Of a stretch of 64,000 bases of DNA, positions 20,445-31,346 are shown piece after piece. The DNA is from an uncultured delta proteobacterium (GTDB lineage: Bacteria > Desulfobacterota > Zymogenia > Zymogenales > Zymogenaceae): positions 288,001 to 352,000 of the forward strand of contig CAVTLK010000005.1 in the NCBI GenBank assembly GCA_963735595.1, written 5' to 3'. The translations under genes were made by a program, and so were the position numbers. A model generated the notes under the pieces. The model worked only from the letters and a program-made list of their open reading frames with translations. It did no database searches and was not told the origin of the DNA. Numbering within the stretch: position 1 is the stretch's first letter; every line of letters starts with the position of its first letter.

Positions 20445-21184
20445 ATGAGGTTTCGTATGAAACGATCGCTCATGATCATGCTCGTCTTCGGTATCCTTTC
20501 CTGTGGCGCGGTCGCGCTTGCCGTGGGGGAAAACGCCTCCGTATCCGGCGACGGGGTGAGGATTCGGGAGGCACCCGGGACGTCCGGCGCGATAATCGGC
20601 TCGGTCAACAAGGGAACACGCCTTGCCGTGACCGCCCGGGCATCCCTCACCGAGACCATTGACGGGCACCTGGATTTTTGGTATGCCGTGCTGTATCAGG
20701 GAAAGAAGGGATATATATTCGGGCGGTTCCTGGCGTTGGACGCCGGGGCGGTCATCCCCGCGGAGGGGGCGCCGGCGCCCCAGGTGCCGACGCTTGCCGC
20801 CGTAGCCGTACGTCCCGAGGATATCATCGGCGATTGGGCGCTTTTCGACGGGTCGCCGCCGGTCATCTATACCCTCGAGCCGGAAGGGTCGGCCGCGTAT
20901 CTATCCTTCCAGTGGGATCTCGATATGGCGGCGACGGGCCACAGGGTTTCGAGAAAGTACCTCACGGCCGACCTCGTCCGGGGGAGCTATACGATCGAGG
21001 GCTCAACGGTGCGCGTCGCCTGGTACTGGGGCGAAAAAGCCGAGAGCCTGTTTACCGTCCAGAAGGGCAAGGACGGCATGATCCTGGTTATCGACGGGAA
21101 AGAGATCGGCGCCCGGTTTCATACGCAGGCGCCGGGGCAACACCCATCGGCGACATCGTGATAAACACCGAGCCCGACCTGTGA
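20445..21184 (+). CDS. exported SH3b-domain protein (stop at 21161 as written; may extend to 21184 if GGGG near 21135 is an error)
   Basis: Signal peptide; VRIREAPG..WYAV..GYIFG SH3b pattern. Confidence 0.7.
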
Positions 21185-21329
21185 CGATGAGCATCGACGA
21201 CGGCCCGCGGCCGTAACGCGTAAACCGGCGCCGTTTTTTGATTGAAGTCTTATGTATTTGTGCTATTATTAACCAGATAAGGTTCTTATAACTGGATCGA
21301 GAGAGACCCACTACGACAGGGAGGAGAGT

Positions 21330-22079
21330 ATGTCCGGCCATTCAAAATGGGCGAGCATTAAGCACAAAAAGGGGGCGGTGGACGCCAAGCGGGGCAAGGC
21401 GTTCACAAAGTTGATCAAGGAACTGACCGTCGCCGCGCGGATGGGCGGCGCCGATCCGAATTTCAATCCGAGGCTTCGCACGGCCGTCGCCGCAGCCAAG
21501 GCGGCCAACATGCCCAAGGACAACATCGACCGCGCCGTAAAGAAGGGCACGGGAGATTTGGATGGAGTTCACTACGAGGAGGTCGTCTACGAGGGATACG
21601 GGCCGGCCGGTGTCGCCCTTATCGTAGAGGTTCTGACCGACAACCGGAACCGCACGGTGGCCGATATTAGATATATCCTTTCGAGGAACTCAGGGAGGCT
21701 CGGCGAGACCGGCTCCGTGAGCTACATGTTCGAAAAACGGGGGGTTGTCTCCATAGACAAGAGCGGCATCGATGAAGACAGGCTGATGGGCGACGCCCTC
21801 GACGCCGGGGCGCTGGATGTCATCGACGAGGGGAGCACGTTTGAGGTCATAACCGAGCCGTCGGATTTCGAGGCGGTCAGGGGCGCCCTCGAAAAGAAGG
21901 ACTTTTCGATCTCCGAGGCGTCGGTGACAATGCTGCCGAAAAACAGCGTGGCGGTAACGGGTAAGGACGCCGAGAGGATGCTCCGGCTCATGGATGCCCT
22001 GGAGGATAACGACGACGTGCAAAACGTCTACGCCAATTTTGACATTCCCGATGAAGTCATGGAGGAGCTGAATATCTAG
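21330..22079 (+). CDS. yebC: YebC/PmpR-family protein
   Basis: [36 protein letters not shown]. Confidence 0.97.
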   Translation: MSGHSKWASIKHKKGAVDAKRGKAFTKLIKELTVAARMGGADPNFNPRLRTAVAAAKAANMPKDNIDRAVKKGTGDLDGVHYEEVVYEGYGPAGVALIVEVLTDNRNRTVADIRYILSRNSGRLGETGSVSYMFEKRGVVSIDKSGIDEDRLMGDALDAGALDVIDEGSTFEVITEPSDFEAVRGALEKKDFSISEASVTMLPKNSVAVTGKDAERMLRLMDALEDNDDVQNVYANFDIPDEVMEELNI

Positions 22080-22569
22080 CGGGGTTATCGTCGGCATCGA
22101 CCCGGGGATCACCGTTACGGGATACGGCGTTATCCGCGGGGGGAAGACGCTCCAGGTGGTCTCAAAAGGTGAGATTCGCCCGAAGGCCGATCTGCCCCTG
22201 GCCCAGCGCCTTGACGCTATCTTTTCGGGTATCCAGCTCATCCTGACTGAATCCTCCCCCGATGCCCTCGCGGTGGAGGGGCTCTTTCATGCCAAGAACG
22301 TATCCAGCGCGCTGACGCTTGCCCATGCGCGGGGTGTTGTCTTTCTGGCGGCGGCGCGCTACGACATCCCGGTCTTCGAGTATTCTCCGCGAGAGGTGAA
22401 ATCGGCGGTCACCGGATACGGCGCCGCCGAAAAGGGTCAGGTTGAATCGATGATCAGGGTGATCCTCTGTGTTGAGGGAAAGGTATCCAGTCACGCCTGT
22501 GACGCGCTGGCGGTGGCGCTCTGCCATTACCACGGCGCCCGGTTTCGCGAGATACAGGGCATGGTATGA
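22072..22569 (+). CDS. ruvC: Holliday junction resolvase RuvC (probable non-canonical ATA start)
   Basis: [13 protein letters not shown] is in frame upstream of the first GTG (22156); [19 protein letters not shown]. Confidence 0.92.
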   Translation: MSSGVIVGIDPGITVTGYGVIRGGKTLQVVSKGEIRPKADLPLAQRLDAIFSGIQLILTESSPDALAVEGLFHAKNVSSALTLAHARGVVFLAAARYDIPVFEYSPREVKSAVTGYGAAEKGQVESMIRVILCVEGKVSSHACDALAVALCHYHGARFREIQGMV

Positions 22570-23156
22570 TCGCAGAGCTTACCGGCATAATCGTAAAAAA
22601 GGCGTTTAACCACGTCGTGCTTGACGTAGGCGGTGTCGGCTATCTGGTGCTGATCCCGCTCTCGACCTTCTCGGCCCTGCCCGACGACGACCGGGCCGTT
22701 CGGCTCTATATCCACACCCACGTCCGGGAAGACGCCATCTCGCTGTTCGGTTTCTGTTCGGAACAGGAGCGGGAGCTTTTCGTCGACCTTATCTCGGTCT
22801 CCGGCATCGGCCCCAAGCTCGCCACTACGATCCTCTCGGGCGCGTCGGCCCACGAGGTTCGGTCCTATATCGTGGGGGGCAACGTTACCGGGTTTGTGGG
22901 TCTGCCGGGCGTCGGCAAGAAGACGGCCGAGCGGATTGTCCTGGAGCTCAAGGAGAAGCTGGCCAAACGGGGGGCGGCGGGCGGCGAGGCCCGTGAGGGT
23001 GAGGCGGGAGGGCCCGCCGACGTGGCGGAGGCCCTCGTCAACCTCGGCTACACCCGTGTCCAGGCCCACGACGCGGTCCGGGAAGCGACCAAGGACGGCG
23101 CAACCGACCTCGGCGAGATCCTGAAGAGGGCGCTGAAGGCCCTCTCAAAATGGTAA
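22566..23156 (+). CDS. ruvA: Holliday junction branch migration protein RuvA
   Basis: VGGVGY, VREDAISLFGF, VSGIGPK, PGVGKKTAERI. Confidence 0.97.
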   Translation: MIAELTGIIVKKAFNHVVLDVGGVGYLVLIPLSTFSALPDDDRAVRLYIHTHVREDAISLFGFCSEQERELFVDLISVSGIGPKLATTILSGASAHEVRSYIVGGNVTGFVGLPGVGKKTAERIVLELKEKLAKRGAAGGEAREGEAGGPADVAEALVNLGYTRVQAHDAVREATKDGATDLGEILKRALKALSKW

Positions 23157-23164
23157 GGTGATCG

Positions 23165-24184
23165 ATGGACGTTCGCATCAACAACCCCCAGCCCACCGAC
23201 GACGACAGGCTTTTCGAAGAGGGCCTGAGGCCGCGGAGCCTATCGGAGTTCGTGGGGCAGAACGCGATCAAGGAAAACCTCTCGATATTTATCGAGGCGG
23301 CCAGGCGGCGTAACGAGGCCCTGGACCACGTGCTGCTCCTCGGGCCGCCGGGCCTGGGCAAGACGACGCTCGCCCACGTCATCTCCCACGAGCTTGGGGT
23401 TACGATAAGAACTACCTCCGGCCCGGTCATCGAGAGGGCCGGTGACCTGGCGGCCATCCTCACCAACCTCGAGGAGCGCGAGATCCTCTTTATCGACGAA
23501 ATCCACCGTCTTTCGCCCGCCGTGGAGGAGATCCTCTACCCGGCGATGGAGGATTATTCGCTGGATGTAATCATCGGCCAGGGGCCAAGCGCCCGCAGTA
23601 TCAAGCTGGGCCTTCCTCCCTATACCCTGGTGGGGGCTACCACGAGGGCGGGGCTCATCACCTCACCGCTCCGGGATCGGTTCGGGGTAGTGGCGCGGCT
23701 CGACTTCTACACCGCCCAGGACCTGACGGCCATCGCGCGCCGATCGGCGGCGATCCTCGGTATACAGATTACCGAGGAGGGTGCAACCCAGATCGCGTCC
23801 CGGTCCCGGGGCACGCCCCGGGTAGCCAACCGGCTCGTCAGACGCGTGAGGGATTTCGCTGAAGTTAGGGCCGACGGGATCATCGACGGCCGCGTGGCCC
23901 ACGAGGCGCTTACCCTCTTCAAGGTGGATGAGGCGGGATTTGACGAGATGGACCGTAAGCTCCTGCTGGCCATCATCGATAAGTTCGACGGCGGCCCGGT
24001 GGGCATTGAAACGCTGTCGGCCGCCCTGGGGGAAAATAAGGATACGATCGAAGATCTCTATGAACCCTACCTCATACAGGAAGGTTATCTCGACCGGACA
24101 CCTCGGGGGAGGGTTGCCACCCGGCGCGCCTACGAGCACCTCGACCGGAAGGCCACGAAACGGCAAAAGCAGTTCTTTGAATAA
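23165..24184 (+). CDS. ruvB: Holliday junction helicase RuvB
   Basis: [32 protein letters not shown]. Confidence 0.98.
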   Translation: MDVRINNPQPTDDDRLFEEGLRPRSLSEFVGQNAIKENLSIFIEAARRRNEALDHVLLLGPPGLGKTTLAHVISHELGVTIRTTSGPVIERAGDLAAILTNLEEREILFIDEIHRLSPAVEEILYPAMEDYSLDVIIGQGPSARSIKLGLPPYTLVGATTRAGLITSPLRDRFGVVARLDFYTAQDLTAIARRSAAILGIQITEEGATQIASRSRGTPRVANRLVRRVRDFAEVRADGIIDGRVAHEALTLFKVDEAGFDEMDRKLLLAIIDKFDGGPVGIETLSAALGENKDTIEDLYEPYLIQEGYLDRTPRGRVATRRAYEHLDRKATKRQKQFFE

Positions 24185-24190
24185 AATTCC

Positions 24191-24221
24191 TTGCGAAAAA
24201 GAGACCCGTGTGGTATACAAT
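24191..24221 (+). promoter_or_regulatory. sigma70-type promoter for the romY-like/ftsEX region
   Basis: TTGCGA..TGGTATACAAT. Confidence 0.5.
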
Positions 24222-24305
24222 CTCAATACATCGGAAACACTCTCGTTCGATCTTTCCCTACTGGTATCCTGAGACTCTCCCGTGCTCGGAGGGGTTTTTG
24301 GCAGC

Positions 24306-24686
24306 ATGATTCCGGGATTTAATCATAATATACGATATCGGGGGGTCCTCTACCACATCCAGACCGAGGACAGCGGCATTGAAAATCCCGTAGTGACAAC
24401 GCTCCTCTACAAGGGCGGCACCATCCTTTCCTCCAAGCGGACCAGCTATTCGGACATCGTCAATTCAGACAAAATGGAAGAGGTGGTCAAGGAGATCATG
24501 AAGGAACAGCATAAGCTGATGCTGTTCGATCTCAAGAACGGGGTATTTGAGAAGGCGGAAAAGGAGGCTGTGGCCGATACGAAGAAGGAAGAGGTAGTCT
24601 TCGGAGACAGCGTGATCTCGGAAAAATCACTGGACGAAGTCATCCTTGACTACCTGGCAGCAGAGGATACGGATTCAAAGAAATAG
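24306..24686 (+). CDS. conserved deltaproteobacterial protein, RomY-like
   Basis: GFNHNI..YHIQTEDSG..QHKLML N-domain plus C-terminal SEKSLDEVILDYLA; directly upstream of ftsE; recognised from memory only. Confidence 0.6.
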   Translation: MIPGFNHNIRYRGVLYHIQTEDSGIENPVVTTLLYKGGTILSSKRTSYSDIVNSDKMEEVVKEIMKEQHKLMLFDLKNGVFEKAEKEAVADTKKEEVVFGDSVISEKSLDEVILDYLAAEDTDSKK

Positions 24687-24756
24687 TATGGCACCAGGAT
24701 CATTTCCGAGAGGTGGGGGCTGGAGATCTTTCGGGCAATGATTTTTTTTTAATACA

Positions 24757-25422
24757 ATGACTGAACCCATGATTCGCCTCCACCACGTATATAAAAACTA
24801 CGGCACCGGCCATGATGCCCTGGTTGACGTCACCTTCTCAGTTGCCCGAGGGGAATTTCTCTTCCTTACCGGACCGTCGGGCGCCGGAAAGACCACCCTC
24901 CTAAAACTCCTGTATCTGGCGGAACATCCGACGAAAGGGCAGGTCTTTATCAACGGGGTCAACGCGAGCACGATCCAGGAGCGAAAGATCCCCTACCTCC
25001 GGAGGGCCGTGGGAGTGGTCTTCCAGGATTTTAAGCTCCTGACCTCCGTGACGGTGGCCGAGAACATCGCCTTTCCGCTCGAGGTCATGGGGATGCCGCG
25101 CCACGAGATAAAAAAGCAGGTGATGCGAGTCCTTAAATTCGTGGGGCTCCAGGATAAGTACGACGCAAAACCCCTGGAGCTGTCCGGCGGGGAACAGCAG
25201 CGGGTGGCCATCGCCCGTGCGGTCGCCAACGAGCCGCCGATCCTGATAGCCGACGAGCCCACGGGCAACCTGGACTCTGAGCTCACCATGGATATTATCA
25301 GGCTCATGAACTATATTCACCAGCGGGGCGCTACCGTCATTATGGCGACTCACAACAAGGACATCGTTGAACGGTTTCATATGCGGCTTATTTCGTTGTC
25401 CAGGGGAAGGATCGTAAACTGA
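24757..25422 (+). CDS. ftsE: cell division ATP-binding protein FtsE
   Basis: [35 protein letters not shown]. Confidence 0.95.
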   Translation: MTEPMIRLHHVYKNYGTGHDALVDVTFSVARGEFLFLTGPSGAGKTTLLKLLYLAEHPTKGQVFINGVNASTIQERKIPYLRRAVGVVFQDFKLLTSVTVAENIAFPLEVMGMPRHEIKKQVMRVLKFVGLQDKYDAKPLELSGGEQQRVAIARAVANEPPILIADEPTGNLDSELTMDIIRLMNYIHQRGATVIMATHNKDIVERFHMRLISLSRGRIVN

Positions 25423-26322
25423 ATGTTTTTCGTTAGGTTCTCCTATTTTTTACGAAAGGCCCTCTCGAATTTCAAGGCCTATCCCCTGGTGACCATGCTG
25501 GCCACGGCCACCGTCGCGTTTTCCGTCTTTCTCTTCTGCGCGTACCTCCTGTTTCTGGTTAATCTTACGGGGCTTTTGGCGGGGGTCGGCACAACCGTCC
25601 GTGTTACCGTATATCTATCCGACTACCTTGAGGGGCAGCAGATCGAAGAGGTGAAGGACGCCATCCTTTCCATCAAGGAAGTCGACGGCGCCACTTTCAT
25701 CTCCAAAGAGGAGGCGCTCACGTTCCTCAAAGAGTCATTTCAGGATCAGGCCGAGGTCCTGGAAGGGCTTGACGGCAATCCGCTTCCCGCCTCTTTCGAG
25801 GTGACGCTGCTCGAGAGCAGCCGCACACCCGAATCCATACGGCTCGTTGCCGATAAGATCGGGCGCATGAGGGGCGTCGATGACGTTGTCTATCCCCGGG
25901 AGTGGTTGACGCGTTTTCACGAATTCGTGCGGTTCGTCCAGGCGGCCGGTGTTGCCGTTGGGGCCGTCCTTTCGCTGGTGGCCGTCGCTATTATCGCCAA
26001 TACCTTCAAACTCATCATTCTCTCCCGCCGGCAGGAGATAGAGATCATGAAGCTCGTGGGCGCCACGAATTCCCTCATCAAGACCCCAATCCTGATGGAG
26101 GGAATGCTGGTGGGGCTTGTCGGCTCAACAGCCGCCGTTGCCGGGCTTTTTGCATTGTTCTCGTATTTCATGGAGCACTTCTACGAGTCCGTTAGCCTCT
26201 TTGTCGGTCCCGTCGTGCTGGCTTTCTTCTCGCCGCCTATTATCGGCGCCGTAATCGGCGCGAGCACGCTGCTGGGTCTTGCGGGAAGCCTGCTATCGTT
26301 CGGGAGGTTGTTGAAGGTGTAG
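25423..26322 (+). CDS. ftsX: cell division permease FtsX
   Basis: NPLPASF, EIEIMKLVGAT..P..EG; 4 TM. Confidence 0.93.
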   Translation: MFFVRFSYFLRKALSNFKAYPLVTMLATATVAFSVFLFCAYLLFLVNLTGLLAGVGTTVRVTVYLSDYLEGQQIEEVKDAILSIKEVDGATFISKEEALTFLKESFQDQAEVLEGLDGNPLPASFEVTLLESSRTPESIRLVADKIGRMRGVDDVVYPREWLTRFHEFVRFVQAAGVAVGAVLSLVAVAIIANTFKLIILSRRQEIEIMKLVGATNSLIKTPILMEGMLVGLVGSTAAVAGLFALFSYFMEHFYESVSLFVGPVVLAFFSPPIIGAVIGASTLLGLAGSLLSFGRLLKV

Positions 26323-26323
26323 T

Positions 26324-27553
26324 ATGCGGGTTTGGGTGGGAGCCGTCGTTCTGCTGGTCATGATGTCTCTGGTCCCCGTCGCGAAGACGGAGGAAATCCA
26401 GGACAAGACCAAAGAGCTGACCACCATCAAGAAGGAGATCGAGGAGAAGCGCCGGAAAATCAAAGAAGCCGCGAAAGAGGAAAAATCGATCCTCTCGCAG
26501 CTCTCGGAGATGGATAAGAAGCTCTCGGGCAAGGAAAAAGAGATCGTGTCCATCGGACACGAGATCGACGCGGCAGACGGGGATATCAAGCAGCTCGAGT
26601 TTGCCGTTGCCGAGATCAAGGGCAGGATCGCATCCAAGCGTAAGGAGATTGAAAAGCGTCTGGCCGCCCTCTATAAACTGGGGGAAGCGGGGTATCTGCC
26701 GGTCCTGTTTTGCGCGGCGGACGCGGATGACGTCAAGCGGCGGGGGAAATACCTCTCGGCGGTCATCAATTCGGACCGGGCGCTCTTTGATTCATTTGCG
26801 GCCGATCTTGACGAACTGGAGAGTTCGATGCAGGAGCTGAAGGCCGAAAAGAGCGCGCTCGTGCTCCTCAGGGAAAACGCAGACAAGAAGACCCTCGATC
26901 TGTTGCGGGAAAAGGAGCGGCGAACGTCGTACCTGTCCGGCATCCGGGAGAAAAAGTCGTCATACGAGCAGGCGCTCTTGGAGCTGGAGACCGCGCAAAA
27001 AAAGCTCTCGGCGCTCATTGAGCTGCTGCAGCAGGAAAAAGAGCGCAAGGAGCGGGAGGCGAGAGAGGCCAAGGAGCGGGCGAAGAAAGATACTAAAGAG
27101 AAAACGGTTCCGGTAAAGGAACCTCTATCGGTGCCTTCCGGGGTAAATTTCGTCGGTCTCAAGGGCAAGCTTCCCTACCCAACCGGAGGCACCATTATTA
27201 CCAAATACGGCAAGGGTAAGGACCCCAAGTACGACAATCCGGTCTACAGCAAGGGGATAGAAATAAAGGCCCCGTTGGGCAGCCCCATTATCTCCGTTGC
27301 CGACGGCCAGATTGTCTATTCCGACTACTTTATGGGCTACGGCAACCTCGTTATCATCGATCACGGCGACGGCTACTATACGGTATATGCTCATGCGCAG
27401 ACCTTAGCGAAGAAGGTCGGTGACAAGGTAAAGGCAAAAGAAAAAATCGGGACGGTCGGCGACACCGGGTCGCTTAAGGGCCCAACGCTTTATTTTGAGA
27501 TCAGGCATCACGGCAGCACGGCCGATCCCGAGCAATGGCTGGCGGCCAAATGA
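26324..27553 (+). CDS. envC: murein hydrolase activator EnvC
   Basis: Signal peptide, long coiled coil, degenerate M23 domain (KGIEI, YGNLVIIDHG, LYFEIR). Confidence 0.9.
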   Translation: MRVWVGAVVLLVMMSLVPVAKTEEIQDKTKELTTIKKEIEEKRRKIKEAAKEEKSILSQLSEMDKKLSGKEKEIVSIGHEIDAADGDIKQLEFAVAEIKGRIASKRKEIEKRLAALYKLGEAGYLPVLFCAADADDVKRRGKYLSAVINSDRALFDSFAADLDELESSMQELKAEKSALVLLRENADKKTLDLLREKERRTSYLSGIREKKSSYEQALLELETAQKKLSALIELLQQEKERKEREAREAKERAKKDTKEKTVPVKEPLSVPSGVNFVGLKGKLPYPTGGTIITKYGKGKDPKYDNPVYSKGIEIKAPLGSPIISVADGQIVYSDYFMGYGNLVIIDHGDGYYTVYAHAQTLAKKVGDKVKAKEKIGTVGDTGSLKGPTLYFEIRHHGSTADPEQWLAAK

Positions 27554-27605
27554 ATAACCAACGGCGGGGCGCCCGACTTGGGATACACAAGAAAGGAGAC
27601 AGAAC

Positions 27606-28850
27606 ATGTCAGCAGGTAACGGCAGGTTAAGGATCATTATCGTCTTTGTCCTGGTCTTTCTCGTCGGCGTATCGGCGGGAAAGGGATTAGACAAGGTTTT
27701 GGCGGCTTCTTCGAACGGCACCTACAAAAACCTCGAGCAGTTCATCGATGTCCTCAATCTGGTCAAGGAGAATTACGTCACCGAGGTGGATACGAACACG
27801 CTGATCACCAATGCGATCCGCGGGATGGTCTCCGGACTTGACCCCCACAGCGCCTTCTTTTCCCCCGACGAATACAAAGAGCTCCAGGTGGAGACCAGCG
27901 GCAGCTTCGGCGGCCTCGGGATAGAGCTGGGCATCATCGATAGTTACCCCGGCATCATTTCGCCCATCGAGGATACCCCCGCCTGGCGCATCGGGCTGAA
28001 GGCGGGCGACAAGATCGTGGCAATCGAGGGTAAATCCGCCGACGGCTTGCCGATTACCGAGGCGGTCAAGAAGCTCCGGGGTAAACCCGGCACGAAGGTC
28101 ACCATCTCCATCATGCGGGAGGGGTTTACCAAGCCGAGGGACTACACGATCACCCGGGAGATCATCAAGATCAAGAGCGTCAAATACGAGGTGTTTGACA
28201 ACAATATCGCCTACGTGCGAATTGTGCAGTTCCAGGAGCGGACCTCTATTGATATGCGGACGGCTCTTGACGCCGTCGTCAAGAAGACCGGCGGCGACGT
28301 CCGGGGGATCATCCTCGACCTCAGGAACGATCCGGGCGGGCTCCTGGGTAAGTCGGTCGAGGTAGCCGACGACTTCATAGAAGAAGGGATCATCGTCTAT
28401 ACCAAGGGGAGGGTTTCCGGCAGCGACATCACCTTTAACGCCAAGAAGGACGGAACGCTGCCCACCGACATCCCGATGGTCGTGCTGGTCAACGGTGGAA
28501 GCGCCAGCGCCTCGGAGATCGTGGCGGGCGCCCTGAAGGACCACAAACGGGCCATCCTCATCGGTGAGAAGACCTACGGCAAGGGATCGGTGCAGACCAT
28601 CATCCCGCTGCCCGACGGATCGGGCCTCAAGCTTACGACCGCCAAGTACTTCACCCCCAGCGGCGTATCGATTCAGGACAAGGGGATCATTCCGGATATC
28701 GTCATCGAGAACAAGGAACCGGAGGAGCCGGCCAACGGCGACGCGGTGACCGGAACTGAAGAGAAGAAGAAATTGCCCGACGCGCAGCTCGATAAGGCCA
28801 AAGAGGTCATCCTCAACTGGGACTCCTACAAGGGGATGCTTTCAAAATAG
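27606..28850 (+). CDS. ctpA: S41 carboxyl-terminal processing protease
   Basis: LDPHS, PDZ domain, DLRNDPGG, SASASEI, GKGSVQ. Confidence 0.95.
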   Translation: MSAGNGRLRIIIVFVLVFLVGVSAGKGLDKVLAASSNGTYKNLEQFIDVLNLVKENYVTEVDTNTLITNAIRGMVSGLDPHSAFFSPDEYKELQVETSGSFGGLGIELGIIDSYPGIISPIEDTPAWRIGLKAGDKIVAIEGKSADGLPITEAVKKLRGKPGTKVTISIMREGFTKPRDYTITREIIKIKSVKYEVFDNNIAYVRIVQFQERTSIDMRTALDAVVKKTGGDVRGIILDLRNDPGGLLGKSVEVADDFIEEGIIVYTKGRVSGSDITFNAKKDGTLPTDIPMVVLVNGGSASASEIVAGALKDHKRAILIGEKTYGKGSVQTIIPLPDGSGLKLTTAKYFTPSGVSIQDKGIIPDIVIENKEPEEPANGDAVTGTEEKKKLPDAQLDKAKEVILNWDSYKGMLSK

Positions 28851-28919
28851 GCGATACCGCACGGGGCCGGCCCCTGAAGTCTTCGGCATAGGCCGGGATC
28901 AGGGACCGCGGCCCCTACC

Positions 28920-30221
28920 GTGACCCGACGACCTCAACCGGATTGGCGCGAACTTATATCGATGGCTATGGAACAGAATAAACAGCGAGGAAGAAAAAAG
29001 ACATTAAGAACCGCCATCTTTTCTGCGCGGAAAAAGCCGGGCCGCCGCCTGGTGCGGCGCTACGCACTGGCGGCAGTTATCCTCCTGATCGTGCTGGTAT
29101 TGGCGGTAGCGCTGCTGATACGGGTGCTGCAGCCGGATAATGAGGGAGTCGCCTCCGCCCCCCCGCCCCCCCTGATCGGCTCCCCGCTTACCCCGGACGA
29201 AACCCGGACCCGGATTGCCGCTTTGAATGAAAAAATAACGGAGGCGCTCTCCGATATCGGGCTTTCACCCGATTCGGTGTCGGAATTGACGGAGGCCGGG
29301 GAAAGCCGGCCCGATATAGAATACGTCCGAATCCAGGAGCACTACGCCGTTCCCGCAGGCATGAGGTCCGAGCGCGTCAGGGGATACCTGCAAGACTATG
29401 TCGAAGGATATCGGGGGGTTCTCTCCGAAGAAACGGCCGAGACGGCCCAGGGCGGTTTCGAGATGACCGTCTTCGCCTACGGCCTGCCGATCCGGGGCCT
29501 TTCCTTTTCCACAACGGCAGGTTCGCCGCCCCCTCCGCCCCCCCCCGGCGCCAAGCTTCCGAAGGTGGCCATTATTATCGACGATATGGGCGCCAACAGG
29601 GCGGCGCTGAACGACCTCCTTTCCCTCAAGTATCCCGTGACCATTGCGGTCATCCCGTTTCTGGAATTATCCACCGAGACGGCCGATACCGCCTATAAAA
29701 AGGGACGCGAAGTGATCCTCCACCTTCCCATGGAGCCGATGGACTACCCGCAGTATAATCCCGGCACGGGGGCGCTCTTCACCTTTATGACGGCCGACGA
29801 ATTCAGGGCCGCTCTGGCCGAGGATCTGGCGGCGGTCCCCCATATCAGCGGAGTGAACAACCACATGGGCTCGTCACTGACCCAGGACCGGGAGAAGATG
29901 GAAATCGTCCTTGCAGCGATCAAGGAGCGCCGCCTCTTCTTCGTAGACTCCCGAACGACATCGAAGACGGTGGCGTACGACGCGGCGGTAAAGCTGGGGG
30001 TCTCGGCGCTGGAGCGAGACGTCTTTTTGGACAACGAGGCAAACGTCGAGAGCGTCAAGGCACAGATCGACGAGCTTATTAAAAAGGCAAAGGCCGAAGG
30101 CACCGCCCTCGGCATCGGCCACCCGCGCCCAGCGACGATCAAGGCGCTCAAGGAGATGGAAAAGAGGCTGACCGGGTCCGAGGTCCAGGTGGTGCCGGCA
30201 AGCGGTTTGTTGAAAAAATAG
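28920..30221 (+). CDS. divergent polysaccharide deacetylase (YibQ family) with N-terminal TM
   Basis: IIIDDMG, LHLPMEP, NNHMGS, FVDSRT, RDVFLD, IGHP; start uncertain. Confidence 0.9.
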   Translation: MTRRPQPDWRELISMAMEQNKQRGRKKTLRTAIFSARKKPGRRLVRRYALAAVILLIVLVLAVALLIRVLQPDNEGVASAPPPPLIGSPLTPDETRTRIAALNEKITEALSDIGLSPDSVSELTEAGESRPDIEYVRIQEHYAVPAGMRSERVRGYLQDYVEGYRGVLSEETAETAQGGFEMTVFAYGLPIRGLSFSTTAGSPPPPPPPGAKLPKVAIIIDDMGANRAALNDLLSLKYPVTIAVIPFLELSTETADTAYKKGREVILHLPMEPMDYPQYNPGTGALFTFMTADEFRAALAEDLAAVPHISGVNNHMGSSLTQDREKMEIVLAAIKERRLFFVDSRTTSKTVAYDAAVKLGVSALERDVFLDNEANVESVKAQIDELIKKAKAEGTALGIGHPRPATIKALKEMEKRLTGSEVQVVPASGLLKK

Positions 30222-30231
30222 GTGGATACTC

Positions 30232-30861
30232 ATGAAGAGCTTTCTTGACCTGATCATTAGCGGCGGGCCGCTGATGATCCCCATTATCCTGTGTTCCGTC
30301 ATCGCCCTGGGGGTTTTCCTCGAAAGGTCGTTCTACCTCAGGAGAAAGAAGATCATCCCGGAGGACCTCCTGAGAGACGTGGAGGACCTCCTGAAAACGG
30401 ACCGGGTAAACGACGTGCTGGCGCTCCTCAGGCGCGACCGCTCGCCGATGGCCAGGATATTTCTTGCCGCCACGAAAAACTACGGCAAGAGCCGCGAGAC
30501 CATCAAGGTGGCCGTTGAAGAGGTCGGCGGGCAGGAGGCCGAATACCTCAACAAATACGTGGTGGTGCTATCGGTCATCGCGCAGGTGAGCCCGCTGTTG
30601 GGGCTCCTGGGCACCGTGCAGGGGATGATCCAGGTCTTCAATAAGGTCGTTTCGGGCAACGTGGCCGACCCGTCGCAGATGGCCGGCGGCATCTCGGTTG
30701 CGCTGATCACCACAGCCGGCGGGCTCACGGTGGCAATCCCCGCGCTCATCGGGTATCACTATCTGCAGGGGAAAGTAAATGACCTGGTGCTGGACATGCA
30801 GCAATACAGCATCGGGCTGGTGGAGCTCATCAAGGGAGAGGACGAAGAGGTACGGCCGTGA
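30232..30861 (+). CDS. exbB: MotA/TolQ/ExbB proton channel
   Basis: SPLLGLLGTVQGMI, GISVALITTAGGL. Confidence 0.9.
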   Translation: MKSFLDLIISGGPLMIPIILCSVIALGVFLERSFYLRRKKIIPEDLLRDVEDLLKTDRVNDVLALLRRDRSPMARIFLAATKNYGKSRETIKVAVEEVGGQEAEYLNKYVVVLSVIAQVSPLLGLLGTVQGMIQVFNKVVSGNVADPSQMAGGISVALITTAGGLTVAIPALIGYHYLQGKVNDLVLDMQQYSIGLVELIKGEDEEVRP

Positions 30862-31277
30862 ACTTTACCAAGCGGGCCAAATCGGGGGGCGAGGTCTTCA
30901 TCAACCTGACCTCGCTGATCGACGTGGTGCTCAACCTGATCATCTTCTTCGTCCTCGCGACGACCTTTGTCCGCCCCTCGGGGCTCAAGGTGGAGCTGCC
31001 GCGCTCGGCGGTTGAGGAGACGGTAAAGGCCGGCGAGGAAGTGGTCGTGATGGTGACAAAGGAAAACGAGATCCTCCTGGACGGACAGCCCTACACCGCC
31101 GATACGCTGTTGGATAAGCTCACGGCGATCAAGGAGGAGGACTCGGGCAAGACCATTACCATCCAGGCCGACGAGAATTCATCCCACGGGGCGGTGGTCT
31201 CGGTCATGGACGCCGCCAAACGGGCGGGGTTCGAGAAACTCTCGATAGCCACTAAGAAGGAAGGGACAGGCCCGTAG
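30858..31277 (+). CDS. exbD: ExbD/TolR family protein
   Basis: INLTSLIDVV, IQADE, VMDAAKRAG. Confidence 0.9.
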   Translation: MNFTKRAKSGGEVFINLTSLIDVVLNLIIFFVLATTFVRPSGLKVELPRSAVEETVKAGEEVVVMVTKENEILLDGQPYTADTLLDKLTAIKEEDSGKTITIQADENSSHGAVVSVMDAAKRAGFEKLSIATKKEGTGP

Positions 31278-31346
31278 GCTGCGGACTACCGAAAAACGCC
31301 GCCCTCCGCCGTCATGACGAGCGTCCGGGCGGTATCTACGTCTCTC

